Shown here one piece after another: positions 44,280-53,669 of a DNA stretch of 64,000 nt. Under the pieces are notes generated by a model. It ran no database searches, was not told the origin of the DNA, and saw nothing but the letters and a program-made list of their open reading frames with translations. The stretch comes from Alphaproteobacteria bacterium (GTDB lineage: Bacteria; Pseudomonadota; Alphaproteobacteria; Bin65): NCBI GenBank assembly GCA_022819985.1, contig JAJEGH010000014.1, positions 8,086 through 72,085 of the forward strand, in the 5' to 3' direction. The position numbers were made by a program, and so were the translations under genes. Within the stretch, counting starts at the first letter, position 1, and the number at the start of each line of letters is the position of its first letter.

Positions 44280-44737
44280 CCCGGCCACAGGTCCTCGAGC
44301 TTCGCGAAGCATCCGTTCCAGCCCTGCACATGCTCGTCGCGGGCCTCCTCTCCGGCAAACCGGGCGTGCGTCAGGGTCAGGCGGGTCCTGCCGGCCGCCT
44401 CGGGCTCGAATTCGACGGTGACCAGCGTCTCGGCATCGCTGCCGTCCCAGCGCCAGGTGTGAACCAGGCGGCGGAGGGGCACGACATCCCGGTACCGGCC
44501 GCGGGTGAGCCATTTCCGGCCGTCCGCTCCGCGCATCTCGATCAGGAACGTCCCGCCGACGGTCGCTTCGGCAACGGCGCGCACGACCGTGGCATTGCCG
44601 GGCGCCAGCCAGCGGCGCAGCATCTCCGGCTCGGTCCACGCGGCGTAGACAGCTTCGACCGGCGCGTCGATAACGCGATACAGCGTCAGGGAGACGTCCC
44701 GTTCGGCGGCTCCCGCCGGTGGCTTCGACCCGGTCAT
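44276..44737 (-). CDS. SRPBCC-superfamily protein (AHSA1/START-like)
   Basis: 153 aa, ...LTLYRVIDAPVEAVYAAWTEPEMLRRWL.... ATGA overlaps at both ends link it to the arsR-like and hydrolase genes. Confidence 0.8.
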   Translation of the reverse strand: MTGSKPPAGAAERDVSLTLYRVIDAPVEAVYAAWTEPEMLRRWLAPGNATVVRAVAEATVGGTFLIEMRGADGRKWLTRGRYRDVVPLRRLVHTWRWDGSDAETLVTVEFEPEAAGRTRLTLTHARFAGEEARDEHVQGWNGCFAKLEDLWPG

Positions 44738-45075
44738 CGCGTTTCGTCCGGGCCGTCCGGGGCGCTTCCGACCAGCGCCTCGAGCGCATCCAGGCGGTCC
44801 GTCCAGAAGCGTTCGTGGAATTCGAGCCAGGCGCGGGCGTCGGCGAGCGCCGCCGGATTGATCCGGCACAGCCGCTCCCGCCCCCGCGCCCGGCGTGTCA
44901 CCAGACCCGCATTTTCGAGCACGCCGAGATGCTTCGACACGGCGGCGAACGAGAGGTCGAAAGGCCGGGAGAGACGGCTGACGGTCGCCTCCCCGGCGGC
45001 CAGGCGATCGAGGATGGCGCGGCGGGTCGGATCGCCGAGCGCGTGGAAGACGCGATTCAGATCATGCTCAACCAT
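44734..45075 (-). CDS. ArsR/SmtB-family transcriptional regulator
   Basis: 113 aa. FHALGDPTRRAILDRLAAGEATVSRLSRPFDLSFAAVSKHLGVLENAGLV winged-helix region. Confidence 0.88.
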   Translation of the reverse strand: MVEHDLNRVFHALGDPTRRAILDRLAAGEATVSRLSRPFDLSFAAVSKHLGVLENAGLVTRRARGRERLCRINPAALADARAWLEFHERFWTDRLDALEALVGSAPDGPDETR

Positions 45076-45321
45076 GCGGTTGAATATACCAGCCTCCGGC
45101 CAATGCTCAACCCATTGGTAAAATATTTTTCGAGATGCGCCCGGGGGCGCATCGGCACCCGGATCCGGCGAGGCGACGTGGCCCTCGATCTCCTGCGGGC
45201 CGTTCTCTTTCGCCATGAGCGGAACGATCGTGCTATACGCCGCACTTCCGATCGCCGGTCCGGTCCTGTCGTTCGCAGGACGGTCGGTACAACACCCGGT
45301 ACAACGTAAGGAGAGAGTGGA

Positions 45322-46077
45322 ATGAGCAGGCTTGACGGAAAGGTCGCGATCGTAACCGGCGCCGCCCAGGGCATCGGCGAGACATATTCGAAGGCGCTCG
45401 CCGAAGAGGGCGCCCGGGTGGTGGTGTCGGACATCGCCGATCCGTCGCGCGCGGTCGACGAGATAACGGGCGCCGGCGGCGAGGCCATCGGCAGCATCGC
45501 GGACGTGACCGACGACGCGTCGCTTTCGGCTCTCGTCGAGGCGGCCGAATCGGCGTTCGGGCCGGTCGATATCCTGGTCAACAATGCGGGGCTTTTCACG
45601 GAATTGCGCCTGACCCCGATCATGCAGCTCACGAATGAGGAATGGGACCGGGTCATGACCGTCAACATGCGGGGCACGTTCCAGGCCACCAAGGCCGTCG
45701 TTCCCAGCATGCTCAAGAACGGAGGGGGCAAGATCATCAATATCAGTTCGGGCACCTTTTTCTACGGCGGGCCCGGCATCGCGCACTATGTCTGCTCGAA
45801 GGGCGCCGTCATCGCCTTCACGCGGTCGGCGTCGCGGGAATTCGGCGACAAGAACATCCAGGTGAACTGTATCGCGCCCGGCCTGGTCGAGACCGAGGGC
45901 GTCCAGAACCACCCCGATCTTCACGTCGCCCGGGCGCCGACGCTACAGGCGCGCGCCATCAAGCGGGAGATGGTGCCGGAAGACCTGATCGGGACGCTGC
46001 TGTTCCTGGCGAGCGAAGGCAGCGACTTCGTGACCGGACAGACCTTCAACATCGACGGCGGCAGGCACAACTATTAG
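45322..46077 (+). CDS. SDR-family oxidoreductase
   Basis: GKVAIVTGAAQGIG Rossmann motif, NNAG, and the catalytic YxxxK (YVCSKGAV). AAGGAGAGAG RBS. Confidence 0.9.
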   Translation: MSRLDGKVAIVTGAAQGIGETYSKALAEEGARVVVSDIADPSRAVDEITGAGGEAIGSIADVTDDASLSALVEAAESAFGPVDILVNNAGLFTELRLTPIMQLTNEEWDRVMTVNMRGTFQATKAVVPSMLKNGGGKIINISSGTFFYGGPGIAHYVCSKGAVIAFTRSASREFGDKNIQVNCIAPGLVETEGVQNHPDLHVARAPTLQARAIKREMVPEDLIGTLLFLASEGSDFVTGQTFNIDGGRHNY

Positions 46078-46137
46078 GCCGCGCGCGCCGGCTGTCGTAG
46101 GGGGGCCGGACCTGTCGCGGGACGGTCCGCCTGCCCC

Positions 46138-46866
46138 TTACGCCGCCCGTGGCGAGTCCGGCCCGACCTCCCCGGCGCGCCGGGCCTCGCGCAGCCAGAA
46201 ATACGCCGCCAGAAGGCCGAGCACGGCCCAGGCGACCAGGCCGACGCCGAGCGCCCTGGCGGCGAACAGGCTCGCCAGTTCCGGCGGCGCCGGGCCGATG
46301 AACTCGTCCGGATGCGGCGCGCCGATCAGGTGCGGCGCCAGGAGCAGCGCCGCGGCTACGGCCCGGAGCGCCCAGCCGCGGCCGAACGCGATCAACGCCA
46401 ACCCGGCGGCGGTCGCGCCGACCGTGCCGAACCACCAGATCTGGCGCAGATCGATTTCCGCCGCCGCCGAGCCCGGCAGTTCCGGCGGGGCGCCGAGCGC
46501 CGGGGCGAGCTGAAACGCCAGGAAGCCGGCCACGCCCCAGACCAGCCCCTGCCGGACCGTCACCCGCCAGCCGCGGTCTTCGGCCAGCGCCATCGCGGCA
46601 ACCAGCAGGAAGGCAAAGCCGGTGTAGGTCAGGGCCGTGAACAGCACGCTCAACCCGTCGCGCTCCAGATCGATGCCCGGGACGGCCGCCGTGGCGCCGG
46701 CCCCCCCATTGCCGGCCCCGCCGTCGCCGAAATGGTTCAGCGTCCCGCTCTCGTACAACTCGGCATGAAGCAGGACGGGCTGCACGAAGGCGAGTTGCAG
46801 CAGGGCCGCCACCACGCCCGCCAGAAAGCCGGCGAACAGCGCGCTGACCGCTATGCGGGAAAACAT
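46138..46866 (-). CDS. cbtA: Cobalt transporter subunit CbtA
   Basis: 242-aa polytopic protein (MFSRIAVSALFAGFLAGVVAALLQ...) directly downstream of cbtB and a B12 riboswitch. Confidence 0.8.
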   Translation of the reverse strand: MFSRIAVSALFAGFLAGVVAALLQLAFVQPVLLHAELYESGTLNHFGDGGAGNGGAGATAAVPGIDLERDGLSVLFTALTYTGFAFLLVAAMALAEDRGWRVTVRQGLVWGVAGFLAFQLAPALGAPPELPGSAAAEIDLRQIWWFGTVGATAAGLALIAFGRGWALRAVAAALLLAPHLIGAPHPDEFIGPAPPELASLFAARALGVGLVAWAVLGLLAAYFWLREARRAGEVGPDSPRAA

Positions 46867-46880
46867 GGCCAGCGGAAGGG

Positions 46881-47051
46881 TCAGTGGCAGGGGAAGCCCA
46901 TGGCGTGGCGCGAATCGTGCGCTGCGTCATGCAGGGCGGCGGTCTGGACGTGGCCGGCCAGCGTGACGATCGCCAGGCCGATGAAAGCAGACAGCGCGAT
47001 GGCGGCAAGCTTCGCCGAAATTCCCGTCCTGCTCTGGGTTTGGGCAGTCAT
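46881..47051 (-). CDS. cbtB: Cobalt transporter subunit CbtB
   Basis: 56 aa with a single TM segment and a His-rich C-terminus (HDAAHDSRHAMGFPCH) typical of CbtB. Its start lies just 3' of the riboswitch. Confidence 0.75.
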   Translation of the reverse strand: MTAQTQSRTGISAKLAAIALSAFIGLAIVTLAGHVQTAALHDAAHDSRHAMGFPCH

Positions 47052-47067
47052 TCGATACTCCGTCGTA

Positions 47068-47255
47068 ACACCCGACAACGATACTTCCCGGTTGCGTGGC
47101 AGGTTTCCTGGCTCACGGTTACCGGCCCTGGTGCGCTCGCCTTCCCGGCTTCTTGTCCAGTGGCGTTCGAGCGCGGCCAACCGTCTACAGTTGCGGGGAC
47201 AGCTCCGGACTCGATCGGCCGATCTCACCGGATTCCCTATTAAGCCCCTCCCCTT
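47068..47255 (-). promoter_or_regulatory. Cobalamin (B12) riboswitch controlling cbtBA
   Basis: The minus strand reads AATAGGGAATCCGGTGAGATCGG...CCGGAGCTGTCCCCGCAACTGTA...GCCACTGG...GCCGGGAAGGC...GCCAGGAAACCTGCC. This includes the conserved core and the B12-box (GCCACTG). It ends about 15 nt before the cbtB ATG. Confidence 0.9.
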
Positions 47256-47513
47256 CCGGTTCGGGACGCCAAGCCCGCAAGGATTTGCCCCATGACTCGA
47301 ACGCCGTCAAGCGTCCGGTCGCGGGGCGGCTCGAAATCGGGGGGCTTGTTCCTGTCGCGCGTTCCGGCAATTGACCGGGCGCGCCCGAATCCCTAGCGTC
47401 CCGGCCGCAGGGTCCGACGAAGGGCGCCGGTCGCCGGCAAAGAGCATTGGGCGCCCGCGCATTCGCCCGAGGCCTCGACCGGAGGCGCATACGGAAAGGG
47501 AGCGGCAACCGCA

Positions 47514-48266
47514 ATGAACGAATTGGCGAACCAGGTGGCCTGGGTTACCGGCGGCGGCACGGGGATCGGCGCCGCCGCGGCCGAAGCGCTGGCGGCGGAC
47601 GGCGCCGCCGTCGTCCTGTCCGGCCGGCGCCGGGACGTGCTGGACGAAGTGGCGGCGCGGATCGCGGCGCGCGGCGGCGCGGCGGACGTAGAGCCGGTGG
47701 ACGTCGCAGACGGCGCGGCCATGGCGGCTGCAGCCGACGAAATTCGCGGTACGCACGGCAAGATCGACATTCTGGTCCATTCCGCCGGCACCAATATCCC
47801 CGACCGGTCCTGGAGCAGGATCGAGCCGGAAGGCTGGAAGCTGATCGTGGATGTCAACCTCAACGGCTCCTACAACGCGGTGCAGGCGGTGCTGCCCGCC
47901 ATGCGCGAGGCCGGCGGCGGTCTCCTCATCCTGATTTCCTCCTGGGCCGGCCGCTACGATACGCTGCTCACCGGCCCCGGCTACAACGCCACCAAGCACG
48001 GCATGCGCGCCATGGCCGCCCATCTCAATCTCGAAGAGGGAAAAAACGGCATCCGCTGCTGCACCGTCATGCCCGGCGAGGTGAACACGCCGATCCTCGA
48101 CAAGCGGCCGATTCCGGTGCCGGAGGAAGAGCGCGTGCGCATGATGCAACCGGAGGACATGGGCGAGACCGTCCGCTACGTCGCCCGGCTGCACCCGCGG
48201 GTCTGCGTCAACGAAATCCTGATTTCGCCGACCTGGAACCGGCTGAACGTCCAGCCGGCGGGGTAG
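47514..48266 (+). CDS. SDR-family oxidoreductase
   Basis: VAWVTGGGTGIG Rossmann motif and YNATK catalytic motif. 250 aa. Confidence 0.88.
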   Translation: MNELANQVAWVTGGGTGIGAAAAEALAADGAAVVLSGRRRDVLDEVAARIAARGGAADVEPVDVADGAAMAAAADEIRGTHGKIDILVHSAGTNIPDRSWSRIEPEGWKLIVDVNLNGSYNAVQAVLPAMREAGGGLLILISSWAGRYDTLLTGPGYNATKHGMRAMAAHLNLEEGKNGIRCCTVMPGEVNTPILDKRPIPVPEEERVRMMQPEDMGETVRYVARLHPRVCVNEILISPTWNRLNVQPAG

Positions 48267-48360
48267 GACGGGCGGAACAATGGGCGCAGTTGGCATCGCC
48301 GCCCGCGCGCCCTAGCTTTGCGCCGAGGCTGCAACGGTCCACCGAAGGCACAGGTGCGCA

Positions 48361-49743
48361 ATGTCTGCCGAAAGATGGTCGCCGGAATCGTGGCGCGGCA
48401 AGCCCGCGTTGCAAATGCCGGCCTATGACGACGAGGCGCAACTCCGGCAGGTCGAGACGACGCTGTCCGGCTATCCGCCGCTGGTCTTCGCCGGCGAGGC
48501 GCGGGAGCTGACGCGCCAGCTCGGCCTGGCGGCGGAAGGCAAGGCCTTCCTGCTCCAGGGCGGCGATTGCGCCGAAAGTTTCGCCGAGTTTACGCCGAAC
48601 AACATCCGCGACACCTTCAAGGTGCTGCTGCAGATGACGGTCGTGCTGATGTACGGCGGGTCGCTGCCGGTGGTGAAGGTGGCGCGCCTGGCCGGCCAGT
48701 TCGCCAAGCCGCGCTCGTCGGACGTCGAGCGGCAGGGCGGCCGGGAACTGCCGTCCTACCGCGGCGATATCGTGAACGGCATCGATTTCGAGGCGGACGC
48801 CCGCGTGCCCGATCCGGCGCGCATGATCCAGGCCTACAACCAGTCGGCCGCGACCATGAACCTCGTCCGGGCCTTCGCGCTCGGCGGCTTCGCCGACCTG
48901 CACCAGGTCAACCGCTGGACCCAGGATTTCATCCGGGACGACGCTTTCGGCCGGCGTTACCTCGAGCTGGCGGACCGGATTACCGAGGCGCTGGATTTCA
49001 TGGCGGCCTGCGGCGTCGATGCCTCGACCTCGCCCCATGTCCGCGAAGCCAGCGTCTTCACCTCCCACGAAGGGCTGCTCCTGCCCTACGAACAGGCGCT
49101 CACCCGGCAGGACAGCCTGACCGGCGGCTGGTACGACTGTTCGGCGCATATGCTGTGGATCGGCGACCGGACGCGCCAGCCCGGCGGCGCCCATGTCGAA
49201 TTCCTGCGCGGAGTCGGCAACCCGATCGCCCTGAAATGCGGCCCCAGCCTCGATCCGGACGAGCTCATCCGCCTGATCGACATCCTGAACCCCGACAACG
49301 TCCCCGGCCGCCTCACCCTGATCGCGCGCATGGGCGCCGGCAAGGTGCGCACCGGCCTGCCGCCGCTGATCCGCGCGGTCGAACGCGAGGGCCGCAAGGT
49401 CGTGTGGTCCTGCGATCCCATGCACGGCAACACGATCAAGGCGGCCAACGGCTACAAGACCCGGCAGTTCGACCGGATTCTGGACGAGGTGCGCGGATTT
49501 TTCGAGGTGCACCGGGCCGAGGGCACCTGGGCCGGCGGAGTCCATTTCGAGATGACCGGCCAGGACGTGACCGAATGCACCGGCGGCGCGCGGGAAATCA
49601 CCGAAGAGCGCCTCGGCGACCGCTACCACACCCATTGCGATCCGCGCCTGAACGCCAACCAGGCGCTGGAACTGGCTTTCCTGATCGCGGAAATGCTCAA
49701 GGCGGGCCGGCAGAATGCCGGCCTGCAGGTGGCGGCCGAATAA
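48361..49743 (+). CDS. 3-deoxy-7-phosphoheptulonate (DAHP) synthase, class II
   Basis: 460 aa. [18 protein letters not shown] start, [22 protein letters not shown]-like ([12 protein letters not shown]), and DPMHGNT. Confidence 0.93.
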   Translation: MSAERWSPESWRGKPALQMPAYDDEAQLRQVETTLSGYPPLVFAGEARELTRQLGLAAEGKAFLLQGGDCAESFAEFTPNNIRDTFKVLLQMTVVLMYGGSLPVVKVARLAGQFAKPRSSDVERQGGRELPSYRGDIVNGIDFEADARVPDPARMIQAYNQSAATMNLVRAFALGGFADLHQVNRWTQDFIRDDAFGRRYLELADRITEALDFMAACGVDASTSPHVREASVFTSHEGLLLPYEQALTRQDSLTGGWYDCSAHMLWIGDRTRQPGGAHVEFLRGVGNPIALKCGPSLDPDELIRLIDILNPDNVPGRLTLIARMGAGKVRTGLPPLIRAVEREGRKVVWSCDPMHGNTIKAANGYKTRQFDRILDEVRGFFEVHRAEGTWAGGVHFEMTGQDVTECTGGAREITEERLGDRYHTHCDPRLNANQALELAFLIAEMLKAGRQNAGLQVAAE

Positions 49744-49784
49744 CCCTCCCGTGAGACTGTGAGGGAATTTCCAGGGGACCGCCG

Positions 49785-50912
49785 GTGAGCGACACGCGTC
49801 CGCCCGAACCCGATGTGGCGGCTTGGACCGACGCCTATTTCAACCGGTCCAAAGGCATCGTGCGCAAATTCGGCGATGTCGCCGTCACCTATGCGATTTT
49901 CATGCGCCGTCCGGTCCTTTCGGCGCCGCGCCTGATGATCGACTGGCTGGAGGCGATGGCGGCGGCGCGCGGCATCTCCGTCGGGATCGACCTGCGCTAC
50001 CCGGAGGGCAAATGGGTCGGCGCCGGCGAGCCGATCGTCTACCTGACCGGGCCGTTCGAGCATCTGGTCGATCTCGAAACCCTGTTCCTGCAGAAGCTCG
50101 GCGCGGCCTGCGTGGCGGCCTACAACGCCGATGTCATGTGCACCGAACTGCCGAAGGTGGCCTTTCTCGGCTTCGATGCGCGGCACTGCGCCGGCACGGA
50201 CATGGCCGAGATGATGGCCTACGCCGCCAGCGTCGGCTCCAGCCGGGCCCGCCGCAAGGTCGGCGCCGTCGGCTTCGTCGGCAACGCGACCACGGCGACG
50301 GCGCATTATTTCGGGCAGGACCGGGGCCTCGGCACCATGCCCCACGCCATCATCGGCTATGCCGGCTCGACGCTCAGGGCCGCCGAAATGTTCCACGAGG
50401 CCTATCCGGACGAGGAGCTGACCGTGCTGGTCGACTATTTCGGCCGCGAAGTGACGGATTCGCTCGAAGTCTGCCGCGCTTTCGAGGCGCTCGCCGCGGA
50501 CGGACGGCTGTCGGTCCGGCTCGATACGCCGGGCAGCCGCTACATGGAAGGGCTCGATCCGTCGATCGCCTATGCGGTGCTCGACCGCAATGCGCCGGAA
50601 TCGATCCGCGGCTACCGGAGCGAGGCGGAGCTGCGCCACCTGATCGGCCCCGGCGTTTCGGCGGCCGCGATCTGGATGATGCGCGAAAGGCTCGACGAGG
50701 CCGGCTTCGGCGAGGTGCGGATCGTCGCCTCCTCCGGATTCGGCCCGGCCAAGTGCCGGGTCATGGCGATCGCCCATGCGCCGGTCGATGCGATCGGCAC
50801 CGGCAGCTTCCTGCCCGAGGACTGGCAGGAAACCTACGCCACCGCCGACATCGTCGAATACGATGGTGAGGCCCGCGTGAAAATCGGCCGCGAATTCCTG
50901 CTCCGGAAATAG
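49785..50912 (+). CDS. Nicotinate/quinolinate phosphoribosyltransferase-family protein (type II PRTase)
   Basis: 375 aa with a GTG start. TDAYFNRSK N-terminus, GTMPHAIIG, VRLDTPG, and a C-terminal TIM-barrel-like region. The exact substrate cannot be assigned. Confidence 0.72.
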   Translation: MSDTRPPEPDVAAWTDAYFNRSKGIVRKFGDVAVTYAIFMRRPVLSAPRLMIDWLEAMAAARGISVGIDLRYPEGKWVGAGEPIVYLTGPFEHLVDLETLFLQKLGAACVAAYNADVMCTELPKVAFLGFDARHCAGTDMAEMMAYAASVGSSRARRKVGAVGFVGNATTATAHYFGQDRGLGTMPHAIIGYAGSTLRAAEMFHEAYPDEELTVLVDYFGREVTDSLEVCRAFEALAADGRLSVRLDTPGSRYMEGLDPSIAYAVLDRNAPESIRGYRSEAELRHLIGPGVSAAAIWMMRERLDEAGFGEVRIVASSGFGPAKCRVMAIAHAPVDAIGTGSFLPEDWQETYATADIVEYDGEARVKIGREFLLRK

Positions 50913-51015
50913 CGCCGGGCCTCCGCCGCGCGGGATTGCGTGCCTCGGCCGTCCGGGGACCGTCCAAAGGGGCGTCCGGGAGCCGCCTGTCCGGGAGCCG
51001 CCTGTCCGGGCCGGG

Positions 51016-51573
51016 TCAGTTGAACGCGACGACGACCCTGAAAGGGACTTCGGCGACGACGCGCCGGCCATCGAGCAGCGTCATCGTCCATCGGCCTGCC
51101 GCCATTTCCCACAGATGGTCGAAGCGGAACAGCTGCCGCCGCACGATGCCGATGGCCAAGAACCGGTCGACCAGGATGTCGCCGGACCGGCCGGTTCGCG
51201 GATCGGTCATCCTCGGGAACCGCATGACGAAGGTGAGGGTCTTGCCGATCAGTGCGGGATCGCGCACGCGGAAGCGCAAGCCGAAGGCAAGTCCGGATTG
51301 CGCCAGGATCGTCTGCGTCCGCCGCAGGAGCCGGACATCGGCCGCCGCGAAGCGCCGGCCCGAAATGTCTTCGGGCGCCTCGATGACTCCGAGATCGCTG
51401 TACGCATAGATGCCGTAGTCGAAGATCCGCACGCCGTCCTGCCGGACTTGCCACGGGTTCCCGTCCTGCGCCTGCACGGCCGGAGCGCCCGCAACCGCAA
51501 ACAGCGCGAACGCCGCGAGCGCCGCGAGCGCCGGCCTAATTGAGCGGAACCACGACACGCAGCACTTCCTCAT
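51016..51573 (-). CDS. Secreted hypothetical protein, tandem paralog 3 of 3 (possibly DUF3859-like)
   Basis: Signal peptide ...RPALAALAAFALFAVAGAPAVQA. Shares DYG.Y, FG..FR, P..TDP.TG, WE.A.G.W and FRVVV..N blocks with its neighbours. The start is ATG 51573 or GTG 51558, and either overlaps the upstream paralog. Confidence 0.65.
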   Translation of the reverse strand: MRKCCVSWFRSIRPALAALAAFALFAVAGAPAVQAQDGNPWQVRQDGVRIFDYGIYAYSDLGVIEAPEDISGRRFAAADVRLLRRTQTILAQSGLAFGLRFRVRDPALIGKTLTFVMRFPRMTDPRTGRSGDILVDRFLAIGIVRRQLFRFDHLWEMAAGRWTMTLLDGRRVVAEVPFRVVVAFN

Positions 51574-52030
51574 GCAGCAGCTTCTCGCCCTCCAGAAGCT
51601 GGAAGCGCCACAGCCCCTCGGCCAGCTCCCACATGAAATCGAAACGGTAGCCGACAAAATACACGCCGTTCGACAACGGCATGAACGGGCGAGACTGCGA
51701 TGTGCCGCGGCGGCCGGTCTTCGGATCGTGCAGCGGCGGAAATGCGGTGCGCAGCGTCAGTTGCCGGCCGAACAGAGTGGGGTCGGCAATCCGGAAGCGG
51801 TAGCCGAAATTCCGGCCGAGTTGGCCGAATACGGTCCGCGTGCGCCGGAAAATGCGGATATTCGAGACGACGTTGCGCGCACCGGCGACGGTCCGCTGCG
51901 CCGTCGCCCGATGATCGACGCTGAGCTTGTACACCCCGTAGTCGACCACCGAAATTGCAGGGCCGCTCCGCGCCGGGCCGGAATGGGCGGCGAGCGGCAG
52001 GACGATCAGCAGGGCGGCGAGCGTGCGCAT
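51536..52030 (-). CDS. Secreted hypothetical protein, tandem paralog 2 of 3 (possibly DUF3859-like)
   Basis: 164 aa. Signal peptide MRTLAALLIVLPLAAHS. Carries the same conserved blocks and ends LRVVVPLN. Confidence 0.7.
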   Translation of the reverse strand: MRTLAALLIVLPLAAHSGPARSGPAISVVDYGVYKLSVDHRATAQRTVAGARNVVSNIRIFRRTRTVFGQLGRNFGYRFRIADPTLFGRQLTLRTAFPPLHDPKTGRRGTSQSRPFMPLSNGVYFVGYRFDFMWELAEGLWRFQLLEGEKLLHEEVLRVVVPLN

Positions 52031-52043
52031 CGGGCGGTGCCGG

Positions 52044-52559
52044 TCAATTCAGCGGGATGACGACCCGGAAGCGCTGCTGCGCCAGCAATCGTCCCCGGTA
52101 GAAGAACTGCCTGACCCATTCGCCTTCCGCCAGTTCCCACCTGTAGCTGAAGACATAGCCGAAAAAGACGTTTCGGCGCTCCTCGATATACCGGTCGTAT
52201 TCGCTGACCCGGGTCGTCTCGCCGGTCTCGGGATTGGTGAGGGGCGGGTGAACGGTGCGGATCGTGAGCTTCACCGGCTCCTCTCCAAATCCATGGAGGT
52301 CGATTTCGACCCCGAAATGGCGGCCCAGCTGGCCGAAAATGACGTTCGTGCGCTTTACAAGACGAGGCCGGAATACAACAACGGTCCGGCCGGCGGCGGT
52401 CCGCGGTGTGGGGAACGCTTCGCCGGTCTTTTTTGTCCGGTACTGGCCGTAGCCGACAATGGAGATGGAGGGCTGTGCCCGGACCGGGGCCGAACCCGCA
52501 GCCGCTGCGCCGGCGAGAACGCTGACGGCAAGGAGCAGGATGGCGACAGGCTGCTTCAT
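52044..52559 (-). CDS. Secreted hypothetical protein, tandem paralog 1 of 3 (possibly DUF3859-like)
   Basis: The ATG at 52559 gives MKQPVAILLLAVSVLAGAAAAGSAPVRA. Carries the same conserved blocks and ends FRVVIPLN. Confidence 0.7.
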   Translation of the reverse strand: MKQPVAILLLAVSVLAGAAAAGSAPVRAQPSISIVGYGQYRTKKTGEAFPTPRTAAGRTVVVFRPRLVKRTNVIFGQLGRHFGVEIDLHGFGEEPVKLTIRTVHPPLTNPETGETTRVSEYDRYIEERRNVFFGYVFSYRWELAEGEWVRQFFYRGRLLAQQRFRVVIPLN

Positions 52560-52809
52560 GCACCGTCCCGGTCGAGAAGCGAGGCGACGGCCGGCGCCGG
52601 GGCCGGCCACCTCTCCGACTTCGTATTATGGACGGCTTCCGGCCGTCTGCAAGCGCGGTCGTTTGCAAACGCCGCCCGGCGGCAAAGCCAGAAGCGTCCG
52701 GCATCGGCGGCATTTGCCGCCCCGCCGTTTTCGGATATCGCTACGCCTCCGGACGAACTAAACCGCTCCGTCAGTTTCTGTCCTCCGCGAACCCGTACGG
52801 AACCCGACC

Positions 52810-53643
52810 ATGCCCCTTGTCGACTGCGACGGCCGAAGCGTGAACTACGAGGCCGGCGGACCGGATGACGGAACCGCGCCGCTCATGCCGTTCCAGCCCC
52901 CCGGCGCGAGCGGCGCCCCGATCTGGCGGCCGATCGCAGCGGCTTTGCAGGACCGGTTCCGCACGGCCGCCGTCAATCCCTCGGCCTATGGCGAAACCGA
53001 AGCCTTTGCCGGTCCGGAACCGATGACCCTGCGCGACGAAGCCGCCGCGCTCGCCGCCGTAATCCGGGCGGAACTGCCGAAGTGCCGCGGCGAACGCGCC
53101 CATATCGTCGGCCATTCCTATGGCGGCACGATCGCGCTGGTCCTGGCGCTCGCATGGCCGGAACTCGCCGGCCGGCTCACCCTGCTCGAGCCCGCACCCT
53201 ATGTCCTGCTGCGCGACGCCGGAGAGATTGCGCTGGCCGACGAGATCGGCGGCCAGAACGCGCAGTTCATCGCCACCGTGAGGGCCGGCGGACGCCATGC
53301 CGAGGCGATGGAACAGTATCTCGACTATTTCAACAACCGGCCGGGTTTCTGGCGGAGCCTCGACGGACGGGCGCAGCAGAAGATGCTGGCGCTGGCCGAG
53401 CGGCTCGCCGTCGGGCTGGACGCCGTCGAGCGGCTCGACATGCGCGTCGCCGATCTCGCGGCGATCGATGTGCCGGTCACGGTCATCCGGGGCGGCGGCA
53501 CCGATCCCCTGCACGCCCGGCTCTCGGAACTGGTCGCGCAGGCGATCCCCGGCGCGACGCTGATCGACCTGCCCGGCGCCGGCCACATGATGAGCCTGAC
53601 CCACGGCGCGGAGATTGCCGGGATGCTGCGGGAGACGGCCTGA
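52810..53643 (+). CDS. Alpha/beta hydrolase
   Basis: 277 aa. Nucleophile elbow GHSYGG and a C-terminal GAGHMM histidine motif. Confidence 0.8.
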   Translation: MPLVDCDGRSVNYEAGGPDDGTAPLMPFQPPGASGAPIWRPIAAALQDRFRTAAVNPSAYGETEAFAGPEPMTLRDEAAALAAVIRAELPKCRGERAHIVGHSYGGTIALVLALAWPELAGRLTLLEPAPYVLLRDAGEIALADEIGGQNAQFIATVRAGGRHAEAMEQYLDYFNNRPGFWRSLDGRAQQKMLALAERLAVGLDAVERLDMRVADLAAIDVPVTVIRGGGTDPLHARLSELVAQAIPGATLIDLPGAGHMMSLTHGAEIAGMLRETA

Positions 53644-53669
53644 CCGGGGCCTGCCGGTTTAACCCGGGG

